From Octopus vulgaris (Eukaryota), in the NCBI GenBank assembly GCA_951406725.2, contig OX597820.1:111414001-111478000 (forward strand): 64,000 nucleotides of DNA. Direction: 5' to 3'. Under the pieces are notes generated by a model. That model did no database searches and was not told where the DNA came from. It saw only the letters and a list, made by a program, of their open reading frames with translations. A program made the translations under genes and the position numbers. Of the stretch, positions 11,827 to 25,897 are shown in pieces (position 1 is the stretch's first letter; each line of letters opens with the position of its first letter).

Positions 11827-13477
11827 CTGAAAATACAGAAATTGACAATGAAAATTTAGATTAATTCTATAGACAATTCCATATATTACCAACACGTCAT
11901 CATTTTGATTTCTATTTTTACAGCATTAGCACAAGTTGGGTGTCTCACAACATTTCACCACTAGTTGTAGTCCTTTGTCATCTGTTCACAACAACAGAAG
12001 AAAACCAGTCTATTTTGTTAATATGTGTATGTGATGTGATTGTCAACATGTTTTTACAGCTAGTCACCCTTCTTTTCATGAACCACTTTGCAGCATGGAT
12101 AAATTGCCTTTTATTGTGTCACTATCACTAGAGACATTCTCCCAACATCAATAAAGAGTATCCTCTACTCTATGCTGTCTCTACTTGATCTCTCTCTCTC
12201 TAAGTAACAATTTTAAATTTGTGTATAAGGGCCATTCACTGTATTTGGTTACCTAATGCAGTATGGAGGCATATGCCTGGATTTACTTCAGGAATTCTTT
12301 TGTGTTTGTAGAGTTTATAAAATATGTGAGAAAGAAGCATGGAATTCAAGAAACTCATTATTATTCATTATGACTGTTTTGACTGTGCACTGGTGCCTCG
12401 CAGGTGATATGTTATACAAGCAGTTGTGGTGCATCATAGGTACAGATGTGTCCCACCAGGTAACTTGTCAAAAGGTACTTCAATTTTTAATTGAACTGGA
12501 GATTAAAAAAGCAAAACAGAGATTAAAAAACAACATACTTCTGACAAGTCACCCAACAAGACACAACAGTACCAATGATGAATCACAACTGCTTGTACAG
12601 CATCTCACCTGTGAGGCATCAGTGCATGATGCGTTGAAACGATTATACTGAATAAATAGTCTCATGAATTCCATTTTCTTACTAGTGTATTGTGTGTGTG
12701 TGTGTGTGTGAGGGTGTCTACATGTGTGTGTATATGTGTGCATATGCGTGCGCACAAGTGTACCAACCCATGTCTGTGTGTCTATGTGAGTGTGCATGTC
12801 TGTACATGAGTGAATGGATGTCTGTGCCTATTGACAGGATCACCAATGTCTGTCAGTATGTATGTGTATTCGTGTGTATGTGTGTGTGAGTGGACACATG
12901 TGTGTGTGTCTGTCCAAGCATGTGTGTAAACATAGGCAGCCACAAGGTCTAAAGACCTGAATCTGACCATGGTGTTATGCTTGACTGCTCTAACCAGACA
13001 TCAAAAGCTTACACACACTGCAGCCATTCTATCTAATGCCCTTCTATATGCACTAGATTCTTAGTAATTTTTATTCTTTATTTTCTAGCAATGATTTCTT
13101 GACCACATATTCAAACACCACCACCCCCCACTCCGATTCATGTTAGATGCTTTGTGTCTTTATTCTTTTATTTTCTTCCTAACGAAATCTTTCTCCCTGT
13201 AACAAATGAACCTGAATTGCTAGAATCTCCCACCACCACCACCACCAGCACCATACAGCTTGAAGTGAAATCAAAACATAAATCTGTGAAATCATAAGTC
13301 ATCTTATCTACCTGAGGAGACTCTTTTGCACTGTGCATTGCATCTGGTGTAGTTGCATCATTTCACGCCCACTAGGGAGCAGAGTAGTATGAAGCCAAAT
13401 CAATTGTTGTGCTAATAAATGCTTCTTGTTACACTCTGCCTTCCATACTAATCTTTTAAAATAAATATATATATATA

Positions 13478-13700
13478 TTCTTTTACTTATTTCAGTCATT
13501 TGACTGCAGCCATGCTGGAGCACCACCTTAAAAGGTTTTTTAATCAAAGAAATCAACCCCAGAACTTATTCTTTGTAAGCCTAGTACTTATTCTATAGGT
13601 CTCTTTTTCCCAAACTGCTAAGTTACAGGGACATAAAAATTTCAATATTGGTTGTCAAGTGATGGTGGGGGGAACAAACACAGACACAAAACACACACAC
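13478..13700 (-). mobile_element. tRNA-SINE 3' portion
   Basis: Reverse complement of the 3' half of the SINE at 51254-51613. Confidence 0.8.
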
Positions 13701-13929
13701 ATATATATAAATATATATATTTCCGTATGTGTAAAGTAACAGTTTTAGAAAAAAAACCCATTAGTTTCCTATCTAGCATGAACTGGGCATATCTTCAGTT
13801 ACTCTAACTATTCTCTGCAGAGAATGTTTCTTAAAACATAAGAACACTGGTGATAGTTGAAGAAATATTCTTCTGAAAAATTTATGGCCAGGAAAGTTGT
13901 CTTCCTTCACTTGACAGCTAGGTTTTCCA

Positions 13930-15000
13930 GTTTTGAAGTAAAAATTTCCGTAAACATGGACAACTCCTTGTGGCTTCTTTCCTGGAGTTCAGGTAGCTTC
14001 CTGGCTTATGTGAGTTCATAAGGATTATATATTTTTCTGCCATACAATTTACATAGTCTTGTTCCATTGCAATAGGTTCTACAAGTTTCTAGTAATTTCT
14101 ACCTGATGCTAAAGAGCATATGATTGTCCTTTAGGCGCCAAACATATGCTGCAAGTGTCGATGTGTTGCGTCTCACTGGGACTCTGAAAGAAGATCTGTG
14201 GTTGTTCAGGTGAATTTTAAATTTGGATTCACAAGATCTGACAAATATTTTAGTGTGTGTCCCTGTATTGGCATTGATGTTACTGATATTTGTGCTGCTC
14301 CTGTTTGAGGCTACTTTTGCATGGTATGCAAGTGAAACAGACTAGATTGTCATGGCTTCATCAATAGATATGAGGATTGAGACATTTCCATTATTCAATG
14401 TTTATAAGGACTCTCTTCAAAGAGATAAAGCATGTCTGGAATGAGGTGTCTATGTTGCATGTGGATCACAGTGTGTATGGACAATCAAAGAGTGACAGGC
14501 ATTATCACCCACATAGCAGTGTGTGAGTTGGTTAAAATAAATCCCAGGTGTCCTAATTCACACAAAGAATAGTGTGGGAGATATAAACAAACATGGAGTA
14601 TATCATAGTCAACAGAGTCAAATAGAACTCACCCTAAGCTGCAATGGAATGGTCTGAGAATAGTTTCTGACCTAAGATAGATGGCACCCTTAGCTAAGAG
14701 GTTTTCCTGTTAAACAAGGCTTTGCTGATGTCAAAGTGTAATGCCTTTTTGCCAAAATTCTCCAGAGTAACAGAACACAATATATGTAGAAGAGCAAAGT
14801 TTTCGGTAGTTCTTGTTATATACAGACAATACTGGCAGTCACGAAAGAGGATAAATAGGATTTTTTAACAATTATTTCCATCATTTTTTAGGTGTTAGGA
14901 AGAAAGAAGATTGAGTGGTCAGAGAGGTTGCCTCTTTGAGAATGGGGTATAACAGTGTGCCTGTAGATTAGGCAAAGACATCTCTGTATCACACAGTTTA
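13930..15000 (-). mobile_element. Penelope-like element ORF remnant (RT end / GIY-YIG C-terminus)
   Basis: Decayed C-terminal signature C(K)L..AEKYIIL...YLNSRKEATRSCPCLRKF. Confidence 0.6.
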
Positions 15001-15333
15001 ACTCTTTTGTTACCATATCTCTGTTGAGATACACTACCTTTGTTTCAATTAATTTTGAAAATGATGAAGAATTCAATAAAATACCTCCTCATTAAACTGG
15101 TGTCTAGAATGTGACACAAAATTTTGATGGCTGGTTCTAATTTAGATAACTTTAAAATGAGATTGTCTCAGGGATGTTGATATCAAAAGAGTAAAGGTTA
15201 CCAAAATAGACCATTTTAGTACTGGCCACCTTTTTGAGAAGAAGTGATTAAAGAAATTTTTACATATGACACCCGATGAGACTGGTAGAGTAGAGCAGGG
15301 GAGTTTGAGAGTAGTTCTGCTGTGTATAGGTAG

Positions 15334-15610
15334 ATCATCATCATCATCATTTAATGTCTGTTTTCCATGCTGGCATGGGTTAGATAGTCTGACTATAACT
15401 AATAAACAGGATCCAGTCTGTTTTGGTTTGATTTCTATGGCTGGATGCCCTTCCTATTGCCAACCACTCCACAGAGTGTACCAGGTACCTTTAATGTGCC
15501 GCCAGCATGGGTGCTTTTTATGTGTCACTGGCACAGGTGCCTTTTACATATCACTGGCACTAGCCATGATTATGATTTCACTAAGCATGACATGTCTTCT
15601 CAAGCACAGC
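15334..15610 (-). mobile_element. RTE family-A 3' tail fragment
   Basis: (tca)n-tttaatgtc...ggctggatgcccttcct core shared with the family-A tail. Confidence 0.75.
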
Positions 15611-15619
15611 AAATCACTT

Positions 15620-18544
15620 ACCAACTTGAAATCAGAATTTTATGCTAAATTTCAGTAGAAAAAATACCAAAAAAATGCTAAAGATTAATTATATCAAAAA
15701 GCTTAATTTTTATTTACATTTTTACTTACTTTCTTTAATTCTATTCAGCATTGAGAAATAATTTCTTGAATTTCACTGATTTGATTAGTTTCAGCTGCAG
15801 TGCCTAAGTCTTGACTTCTGTATACATTCAAGGTCCCAATCTTGTTAATATGTGTTTTGGTATATAGAAGTTTTTGCAACATTTGCCATATTTTTTTCAG
15901 GCCATATTAATCTAAGCATAAAAAGATGCACTTTGTTTTTCAATTTTGATTTGATTACATCCATACTACTGAACTACCATTCAACCTCTGCATTTAAGTT
16001 TGGCAATGTCAAAATTTACAACATCTCTAAACGGATTTCCTCCAATCTTTATATTCCAAGATTTCCAGCCAGACATATTTGTCCATTTAACTAAATGAAT
16101 GCTATTAAACTGAATTTCAATTGAAGCAACTTTTTCTTCATCTAAATGCATTGCTTCAAAGACAAGTAAAATTGGCTCTTTGAAATGCTGCAAAATATTC
16201 TCTACTGAAAAACCTTTGATATTCCTCAGTACATTAATATTTTCTGGCAAACGGTGCTTGAGCTCTTTATAAAGGCAGAGTAAAAATTGTTGTGCTCTTT
16301 TGCGATTATTATTTTCATCATTGGCTGTCACATTGTTCTTGATAATCATTTCTGCTATCTTTCTCTTGAACCTGTAGCCTAAATTTGTTGATTGGGATCC
16401 AGAAATTTTTCAATAGAAGCATCAGGATCAAGAGGATGAATTCTACATGTTGGCAACACTATCATATTAGCAACAGATTTGATCAAATTTGAAAGATCAA
16501 AAGTAATTTTGTTTTGTCGACAGTGTTTGATTCAAACAGTTTATTCACTTCCTGAACATGTTTTAAAATTGGATGCAAAAATAAAAGGAAAAGTTCAATT
16601 CTGGAATCACAAAACATTTAATGCTATAAAGCATTTTTCTTTTGTAGTTTTAACTTGGAAGTGAGTTTGCAATTCAAACCATTGTTTTAAAATTCTATTT
16701 ACAGCCACCTGGTTATCAAGGTAAAGTTGTTTGTAGGCACTTTGCCTTGTTGAAGAATGAGAGAACCAGTTATAGGTTTCAGATACTAAAAATTCTAAAT
16801 TTATGGGCAGGCATTCAGCACAAGTGTGGGATACTGCCAACTGTAAAGAATGACATACACATCTAAATAGAAGTAATGATGGAATTTCTTTTAATTTCTG
16901 GAAAACACTATTGTTGATTCCTATCATTACTCTAGCATTGTCGGTTCTTATAGCTAGTAAATTTTTATATCTAATTCCTTTTTCGCTAATTCAATTTTTA
17001 AGACATCTACAATGCCATCTGCATCACACGTTTCTAAAGATACCATACTGAGATATGTATGTACCACTTTTTTGTGAGTGTCACTGTAATATATAACTAT
17101 TCCTAACAACTTGGTTATCGATATATCATTGGATTCATTTAATAACAGGCTAAATTTTCTATCTCCTATATCAGAAATCAAATCTCCATCAAAATATGGA
17201 GCTAGAACATTTCTCACAATATTTGCACATTTTGTATGATGCAACTTCACTTTGGACATAATATCACTATCAAACATATAATTCTTACATAACTCTATTA
17301 AGTGATCACAGCTATTAAATGATGAGTGGCAACAAATAAGCATTGCTAAATTTGCTTCAAGCATAGATGTCTTATGATATTCGGTTTTAATAAAATTGGT
17401 AAGAGGTATCGTTTGCTGTGGAGTCGATGCCTTATGTTTCTTTGCTTCACAGTGGCTTACTAAAAGAGAATATTTTGCCAACATATTACATCTACAATAT
17501 CTGCAATGTGCTTTAGATTGGTCACTAGGTACTTCACACAACCACTTAGTAAATGCTGGCATCTTAAGCCATTCCTTTCAGAATTTTTGTTGGTACAACT
17601 TTGTTTCTTCTTTGCTCATTATAATGTAGTGGGAAGCAAGAAAATAAATTGAATGATTAATAAAAAATATAAAATTGAAAGCACAACTTATCAGTTTGCC
17701 GTTAACAATTCTTATGTTTGCTGCTTACAAATTCTTGAGGTGAAGAATACTGATTCAGGATGCAGGGTGGCCAACTTACAAATGGAAAAGTAAAATCTGC
17801 AGAAATCCTAAAACTGTGTTCTGATATAAACCTGGGAACATCAGATTTTGCTTCCAATCTTACATTTAATATCTATTGGTAAAACCACAAATGTAACTAC
17901 AATACTTGAAAAAAAAAAGTAAGTAGAAATATAAAGGGGGAGACCCCTGCCACCCCTGTACTTCTATACAAGATATATAATCCAAAACAAGCATGAAAAA
18001 GCACAGGTCTATTTTAAAACAGTCAAACTGAAGGTAAATCAGTCAACCTGTCATGGTAAAAACTCATCACTACAGAATAAAGCATTGTTAGGATGAATTT
18101 CCATGCTTTCATTCTTTGCAACATATTTACATTATTGTGTAATGAGTTCAGGTGCTGACACGAGTTATCTTCTCCCCCATCCCCACCAGCACCATTCTGC
18201 ATCTAAGCCGGGGGGGGGGGGGGGCTGGAAAAGTTCATAACTTGATAAACTTCCTTTTGATAAACTTTTATTTGAAGTTTCATGAAAACGAAAGAAAAAT
18301 TCAACAATAGCCAACGGTACTAAAATTTAGCTGTAAGATACTTTAACAAAAGTAGAAAAGGAGGAAAAAGAATAAAAAAGGGTAACTATTGTGGAAATGT
18401 CATGATCAGAGAAAAATGCTAAAAAAATGCTAGATAAAATTTAAAACCTGCTATTTTCCTTGCTAAATGCTAGATTCAAAAATTTTCTGCTGAATGCTGA
18501 AAGAAATGCTAGATCTAGCATAAAATATGCTAAATTGCCAACCC
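15620..18544 (-). mobile_element. Decayed hAT transposon (ZNF862/TTF-finger type) in BLOC1S2 intron 4
   Basis: AHCRYC...H...H zinc finger, FSLLLNESNDIS and CVCHSLQL motifs. Terminus ttgccaaccct with subterminal tgcta repeats. Confidence 0.85.
17763..17958. mobile_element. Small MITE nested in the hAT
   Basis: Inverted ends cagggtggc ... gccacccctg. Confidence 0.5.
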
Positions 18545-19423
18545 TCTCGGTTACTTGTGATCACTTCCATGAGACTCAACATCCGAAAATCATATACCAC
18601 CTCACCCTACATCTTTTTAAGTCTACTTCTGCAAAGTACAATAAGAAGCAAAGGCGTAGTAAATGTAATGGCTTTTTTTAACAGCCTTGCTTCTTACAGA
18701 ACCATCTTGGTTGAAAAATGTGTGTAGAAGAACTTTATAAAGTTGGCAAAGGATCTGTTGCAATTTAAGATGAGTTTACAAGCATCTTTTCCATTCTTGA
18801 AGTTTATTTTACAGACATTATATAGGTAATGTTAAGTGAGTTCTTGCAGATTTTGTGAACAGTGTTTCTTTACAAACACTACATCAACACAACCAATTGT
18901 GAATGACTTGTGGAATAAGAGCATTGGTCATGTGAGGGATGTGGAGAAACATTTAGGGATATGAAACCATCCATAGCAGTGATTTAAATACACAGTTACA
19001 GACACACAATCACACAAAATATCAGTCAAAATGACAAAATGAGATGAAACTATTTGTTGATATTATTTGCATAAAAAAATCAAAAATGAAGAGTGTGATT
19101 TGTGATGGTGAAAGCCTAAAGGGTGGCATTAGAGTCTAAATACTGCAAATTCTCATCACTGTTTAATGTCTACTTTTCCATGCTTGCATGGGTCAGATGA
19201 AGTTTATTAAGGCACATTTTTTTAACTAGAATCCCTTACTGTCAACAACCCTCACTTCATTTTTGATTTTTTTATGCAAATAATATCAACAAATAGCTTC
19301 ATCTCATTTTCATCAATGAAAAACATTGCTTGTATGTTGTTTATATTTAAAATAAATAAACAAAAATCTGTGAAACTGAGAGAGAAAGAGAGAGAGATGG
19401 CAAAAAAAGGAGACAGTACTCAC

Positions 19424-19528
19424 CTAATCTCTTGGAATAGGCATCCAGTCGGTAGGCTGCTTGCTCCAGATTACTAACACTCTCTTCTATTTGGTCTATT
19501 TGATCCAGGTATGGTTGTAGACTGCGAT
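19424..19528 (-). CDS. BLOC1S2: BLOC-1 subunit 2, exon 4 ([35 protein letters not shown])
   Basis: tacag acceptor and GTGAGT donor. Matches the conserved LQPYLDQI...LEQAAY.LDAYSK.L segment. Not present in the ORF track. Confidence 0.96.
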
Positions 19529-19689
19529 CTGTAGAGAAAATGAAGACATTGTAATAAACACTGTGCTGCCTAGTCTAGTCCAACATACTCTGCCATATAT
19601 GCGGTATCTATGACAACATTTTATACAACATTGATATACAAACTAAAGGCACTTATTATGAAACAACAATTATGATTATGTATAATTAC

Positions 19690-20270
19690 ACAAATGTCTG
19701 TGTGTTTACAATGTTCATTTCACAACCATGTGGTTCAGGGTTTGATCTCATTATGTGACACCTTTTGTAGATGTTAGCTATCATAGCTTCAGCTGAGTGA
19801 AAATTGGATGGATGGATACATATTCTATACACACACAGTGTGTGTGGGTGTGTGTGTGCACACACACGCACATGCAGAAATGGATGTGCGGTTAAGAACT
19901 TTGCTTCCCATCTATGTAGTTTTATGTTCAGTCCCACTACATAGTACTTTGGCCAAGTGTCTTTCACTATAGCCCAAGGTCAATCAAAAACTTGTGAGTA
20001 GATTTGGTAGATGGAAACTGAAAGCAACCCATCACGCATACATGCATGTGTCTATGTCCATCTTGTCCTGACATTGCATGACCTTTGTAAACAAGCATCA
20101 CTGACATACAGGGTCTTTCATTTCCAATCTTCATGAAAACATGTCTGGCCATGGAGAATATATTACCTTGCTTGAAAACAGGTGGAGTTCTGGAAATAGG
20201 AAGGGCATCCAGCTGTAGAAAAGCTATTGGTCAACTCAAGACTAGAGTAAATTATAATAAAAGACACTTC
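19690..20270 (+). mobile_element. Decayed tRNA-SINE copies
   Basis: ggttcaggg/B-box-like heads and the gatttggtagatggaaactgaaag core. Confidence 0.7.
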
Positions 20271-20439
20271 AGCAAGAACTTATGCTTTGTTGCTTTAAAG
20301 TAATAGCTGTGCATTCTAACATAATTACATGCTGAACGTGATTGAGTGTACACATTGAGAATTGAGAATTTCAGGGGTTTTTTTAGCAACTTTATAAAGC
20401 TTTGCATATGAATCACCTTTCAGATGAAATGCAACAGTT

Positions 20440-21930
20440 TCTATGGCAAAAAGAACCATTTCCTCTCATTCACAAAAGCTACATGACATTCCACTACCTG
20501 ATGTGTTGGAGGAAAGTGAATTGTCATCTGACAGTAATGATAGTAATGAGTGTTACACACTAAACATTGAGAGCAAAGCAGAGGAGTTGAAGAATCAAAT
20601 AAATATGCTATTCAATGTAACTCTAATATGCCACTCAATTTGGCCAGAGCTGAGCTGGAACAATTTTTTGGAATTTTTTATACAATAAACCTAGTCGAGA
20701 TACCCAGTACAAGAAAGTAATACAGCAAAGTTCAATTGCCAGTGTCATGACTGTAAATCATTTTGAAAAAATTAAGATTTTACACTACAATGACAATCTG
20801 ACTTGTCCTCAAAACTGTACAGATAGATTATACAAAGTTAGACTGGTTGTTGACTCATTGACAAAGAAGTTTGCAGAAATTAATGCAAGTGAAAGGTTAT
20901 GTATTGACAAGCATAGGCTCCTTTCAATGGTAAATCTGGAATCAAGCAATATAACCCCCAGAAATCAAAAAAGTGGGATCATAAGCTGTATGTGTTGTCA
21001 GGAATAGATGGACTTATCCACAATGTTGAAGTCTACACTGGTGCAATTGGAACCTGGAAATATTGTGATAATTTTGCGGCAAAATATACCAGGAAAAAAA
21101 TGTCACAAACTGTATTTCAACAATTGGTATACAGACGATCCTGTAAAGACCTTAATGAACAAGGTATAGCTTGTGTTGGTTCTGTGCATTCCTATCATGT
21201 ACTTGGTTGTAAACCATCATCAGTTGCAGCAGTAAAGAAAATTTGCAGGTCTGTTGAAGTATGGATGACCAATTTTAATTGTGTGGAGTTAACATGAAGT
21301 AAAATGGTTTGATAACCATGGTTGTCAACCTCTGTTGTCAACATATGAATTAGTCAATCCAACCCTTGAAATCTCCAGATTTGAGAGAAAAGAAATGTAT
21401 CACATAACCATCCCATATCCTTTAATTGTTAACACATACAATAAATTTATGGGCAGGATAGACTTACTGGGTGGATTATTTACTAAGCCTTTACAGAATC
21501 CATATTCAATCAAAAAAATTGTACCACAGACTCATTTTCCACTTTCTCAATATGATTGTGATATAATCAAGGTTTTTATTCCAATGTAATGAACCGGAGA
21601 ATACATAAAGCATAAAGCTTAGGGATTTCAAAATGAATATTTCTGAGTCACTCATGGGATCAGGTAAATCAAGGTCACCCAAAAGTAGATGCCCATCACT
21701 AAGTGAGGTGAAAAAGCAAATACTGGCCAAAAAGTCCAGAGGACTCACAGCAAATGAGTCAATCTGCATGGATAGTGTAGATCATTGGCCCTAGTTCATG
21801 GAAGGTAGCAAGAAGGGCAAATGCAAGAATCCAGGTTATGAGTCTATTATAAGGGTTAGCTGTGGTAAATGTGATATTAACCTTTGTCATACTGTGAAAT
21901 CAAACTATTTCAAGCACTTTCACACTGAAA
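20440..21930 (+). mobile_element. Decayed piggyBac transposase (PGBD2/3-like) in BLOC1S2 intron 3
   Basis: DRLYKVR, LCID, YNKFMGRIDLL and a Cys-rich C-terminus CKNP..SCGKCDINLC..FKHFH. Many frameshifts. Confidence 0.85.
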
Positions 21931-23009
21931 AACGTTTCTTAGGAGCTACAGTTCTTTTGTTTTTTTATATATCAAATAAACACTTTTTTATTGTTATTGT
22001 TGTTTTTAGATAGCCTTGATATGATAATAAATTACATATCAAATAATTACATGTTTTTATTTACCTTCTTTACAGATTGTTGCTTTAATTTAACAATGCC
22101 CAAATATTAAACTTACTTAAAAATTTGCAATAATTCACTTTTCAGCGATGGATTTTTAGTCTTTCAGTAAAAATAATTATTTTGTATCAATCTTTCATTA
22201 TTCATCATAGAACCATGCCTACGCCTAATAAATAACTATGATGATGATGATTTCTATTCTAGGCACAAAGCCACAAATTTTGAAAAATAGGTGAAGTCAG
22301 TCAAATGAATCCCAGTAATTGAGTGAAACATATTTTATCTCCCCAAGAAAGATAAAAAGTTGTTTTAACCATGGCAGTATTTGAACTCAGAACATGAAGT
22401 GACTATCAACAAATACTGCTTTACCAATTCTGCCATCAACTACCCTTAACATTGATAATAATAATGCTTTCTAACACAGGCAGGAGGAAACTGATTTATA
22501 GGGGATGGGCAGGATACATTTTACCATTGTCCCAAGCCCTTGACAAGAACCTATTTTACTGGTCCTGGAGGTTGAGTGGTAATTTCACTTCTAACAGAAC
22601 ATAAGATGTAACTAAATACCATGACATTTGATCTACTGATAATACTATCTACCACAGTAGTGGTGAGGGTGATGATGATGATGAAGATGACAATGGTAGT
22701 GGTGGTGATAATGATGGTGTTTAGGGTGATAATGATCAACATTGGGCCTCACAGATAAGACAACAACAGACTGAGACAAGAGTTGGTAGACAACATAACA
22801 GACCCATCCAATCTACACCATCACAGTAAAACAAACACTAACACAAGCTTGACAAAGGTGACAACAACAAGGATCAACCAGAGTAATTCAAATAAATTGA
22901 ATGACAGATAACCAAAAAATGTTTCAAAGCAAGACATTTTGAACAGAAGAAATACAAAGTGTACAAGAAGCATGATAGTGGATGTGGCAGACAAGCCACG
23001 GATACTCAC

Positions 23010-23129
23010 ATTTGTCATCCAGTTCAACCATGGCACGACTGATATTCATGGCAATATGTTTCATCTCAGAATATTTATTGATCGTCACTTGATTCATCTG
23101 CTCCAAAAGTTTGTACTCCTCAGCAGTCC
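23010..23129 (-). CDS. BLOC1S2: BLOC-1 subunit 2, exon 3 (GTAEEYKLLEQMNQVTINKYSEMKHIAMNISRAMVELDDK)
   Basis: tgtag acceptor and GTGAGT donor. Matches the conserved EDYKLLENMN...KY.EMK.IA.NISR segment. Confidence 0.96.
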
Positions 23130-25414
23130 CTACAGATAAAACAACACTACATATATCACAGTAGTGATAAAGCAAAGATATGTTTTTATTGCTCAGCAGT
23201 TACTACAGATAATCACAGTAGTCCTATACTAAAGATACTCCGTAGGACTTCCTATAGATAAATAATCAATTGATACAGTAATATTTTGTCACACACACAA
23301 TTGATATACACATTAGAGATATATCTTTTCCCATAAAAGTATGTCTTCACTGTCTTTTGCCTCTGCCCAGCTGAGAATGCCATGTATTTTCTCTTCAGCA
23401 AGACACCTGTTCCTGTCCCTCTATCATACTTTAACCTCTCATCATCTGGCACAAAGGCACCTCTCTCAATACTACACCCACACTCATTTAAGGTCTTGTG
23501 CCAGTGGCATAAAAAACACTTAGTACTCTCTGTAAAATGGCTAGCATTAGGAAGGATATCCTACCATAGAAATTACATCAAAGCAAACAGAAGCTCAACG
23601 CAGTCCTCTGGTTTGTCAGACTGTCCATCGCATGCCAGCATGAAAAACAGACATTAAATGATATGTGCGAATGTGCATTCCACAGGATTTCTGACAGATA
23701 GTCAACATATAAGATAGTGCTATTTCAGTGTTAAGCTGCTACACAATCACTCAAACTATGATTCTAGAAACAGCAGTCAAAATTCCATTAAATCACACCC
23801 CACTGTCTTTAACAAAGCAGTCATTAAATAATAATCTAGTTTAATATATTCATTCATACCTGAATAAATGGTAGGATGATCACAGCTGGAATGTCTTTGA
23901 TCATAGGTCAATTTGATCAAGGTTGACATGAAACTTATCAACAAACAAGAGGATTAGAGGAACAGTTTTTTTTTTAATTTTATTTTGAAGGTAGAGTCAC
24001 TGGAAGAAAGGCAAAAATGACCTTTTGGCAGGGCCTTCAAGTTTGGCAGCATCAAAAGGGAAAAAAACCTTAATAAAAAGCAGCACAGGATATCAAATTA
24101 AAGTCAGATTAGAGATCTAATTTAAATACTTGTAACAGAGTGGACCCCACTAAAGGCACCCAAGATCAAGTGTTTAATCTGATGGCTGAGTTTACCAAAG
24201 ACAAACCTAGCCCATTCAACAGGTTTCTGCAGCTTATATCTACCCAACTTCACGCACACGGGTTGCATTGATCAGGTGTGGTAAAAGACACTTACTCAAT
24301 AGTGCTGAGCTGTGGGATCAAAGCTAGAACCACACAAAGACAAAACAAACTTCTTAATCAAATGGCAACTAGAGGAAATGCAGCAAGCTCAAACTGCCAT
24401 ACTGCCCCATTATCATCTCTTAACATCCATCTTCCACACTGGCATTGTTGGCAGGTTTGAGAGGATCTGATGGGTCCAAGGACTGCATCATGCTTCAATG
24501 TTTGCTTTGGCATGATTTCTATGGCTGGATGTTCTTCCTAATACCAGCTACTTTATAGTGTTTACTGAGTGCTGATTTCATGGCACCAACACTAGTAAGG
24601 TCAAAATGTAGCTCCCAAGACTAAGATTCCTTTGAACTGATTGGTTCTATAATGGAGAGGGAGCTAGCTTTATACTGGGGAATGAGAGGTTAAAGTATGA
24701 ATGAAGGAGCTATGCAGTACAGCCTGCAAGCAGATGGACATGAGGTATATCTGGAGTAATGAATACACTGAGTTGTACTCAGTTGTTTTGATTACATACA
24801 GTATAAGCTATACAATTGTTCAACCAGTCAACCAGAACTTGCACAACAGCAATAACAATCAAATACATTTTCTTAATGAAAAAAACTTCTATTCCTTGGC
24901 TCTTACAAATTTACAAGGCCAATTACATTCATTTAAATTTTGCAATAATACAGGGCTTCTATAGGCCTCTCACATTGTCTGTACCTATCATTAATAACTG
25001 CTTTGTTGATTGCTAAGTTTATTCTTTTCATATAATCAATGTCATCATCATTGTCATCAGCATCATCATTTAATGTCCACTTTTCTATGCTTGCATGAAT
25101 CAGACAGAATTTGTTGAGGCAGATTTTCTATCACCAGATACACTTCTTGTTGCCAACCCTTTACCTGTTTCCTAGCAACATTTTCCCAGACATGTTTTTC
25201 ACAGAAGACTGGAAATGAAAAACCTTACTTGTATACATGATATCTAAACACGCACACACATACATACATACACACATATATGTGTGTGTGCATGGTCTAC
25301 TTGCTTGGTTAGTGAAGTGATATCATTCAAAAGCTACAAGGAAGCACTGTGACCAGTGATGTATTCAATAGTCTGTTTGAAACAGTGATATATATGTATA
25401 TATACATATATATA

Positions 25415-25690
25415 TCATCATTTAACATCCGCCTTCCATGCTAGCATGGGTGGGATGGTTTCACAAAAGCCAGCCAGGCAGAAGCCTGCACCAGACTTCT
25501 GTGACTGTTTTGACAGGATTTTTACAGCTGGATGCCCTTCCTAACACAAACTACTCAGCAAAGTGGACTCAGTGCTTTTTATGTGGCACAAACACAGGCA
25601 AGATGAGTAGTGCATCTTATGTGGCACAAACACAGGTGAGGTCAGTTTTAGCAAGGTTTTTACAGCTTGATGCCCTTCCTAACAACACTG
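25415..25690 (-). mobile_element. RTE family-A 3' tail fragment
   Basis: catcatttaacatccgc...cagctggatgcccttcc. Confidence 0.75.
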
Positions 25691-25780
25691 CCATGCCTAT
25701 TTTCAAAAGGTCAAATTAATCAGACATACCATCTATCAGACAACTTACAGTATAAACAATCATATGTGCACAAACTGTAC

Positions 25781-25897
25781 CTTCAAGTTCACCCCTCAAA
25801 TAGATTGCGGTTTTACTCATAGTTTCCTGGCAGAGGCGCACCACATCAGCTGGCGGTTCATCTTTTGATTCTGACAGGTCCTCTACCTTGTTGCTAT
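25781..25897 (-). CDS. BLOC1S2: BLOC-1 subunit 2, exon 2 (DSNKVEDLSESKDEPPADVVRLCQETMSKTAIYLRGELE)
   Basis: ttcag acceptor and GT donor. Resembles vertebrate BLOC1S2 ADITELCRDMFSKMATYLTGELT. Confidence 0.93.

Noticed and set aside
12256-12651. 131-aa ORF in BLOC1S2 intron 4 (antisense)
   Set aside because: No recognisable domain or splice structure. Probably an old TE fragment.
18210-18224. G15 run as a regulatory G-quadruplex
   Set aside because: It is a homopolymer at the start of a mariner-like TIR fragment inside a dead hAT, with no other support.
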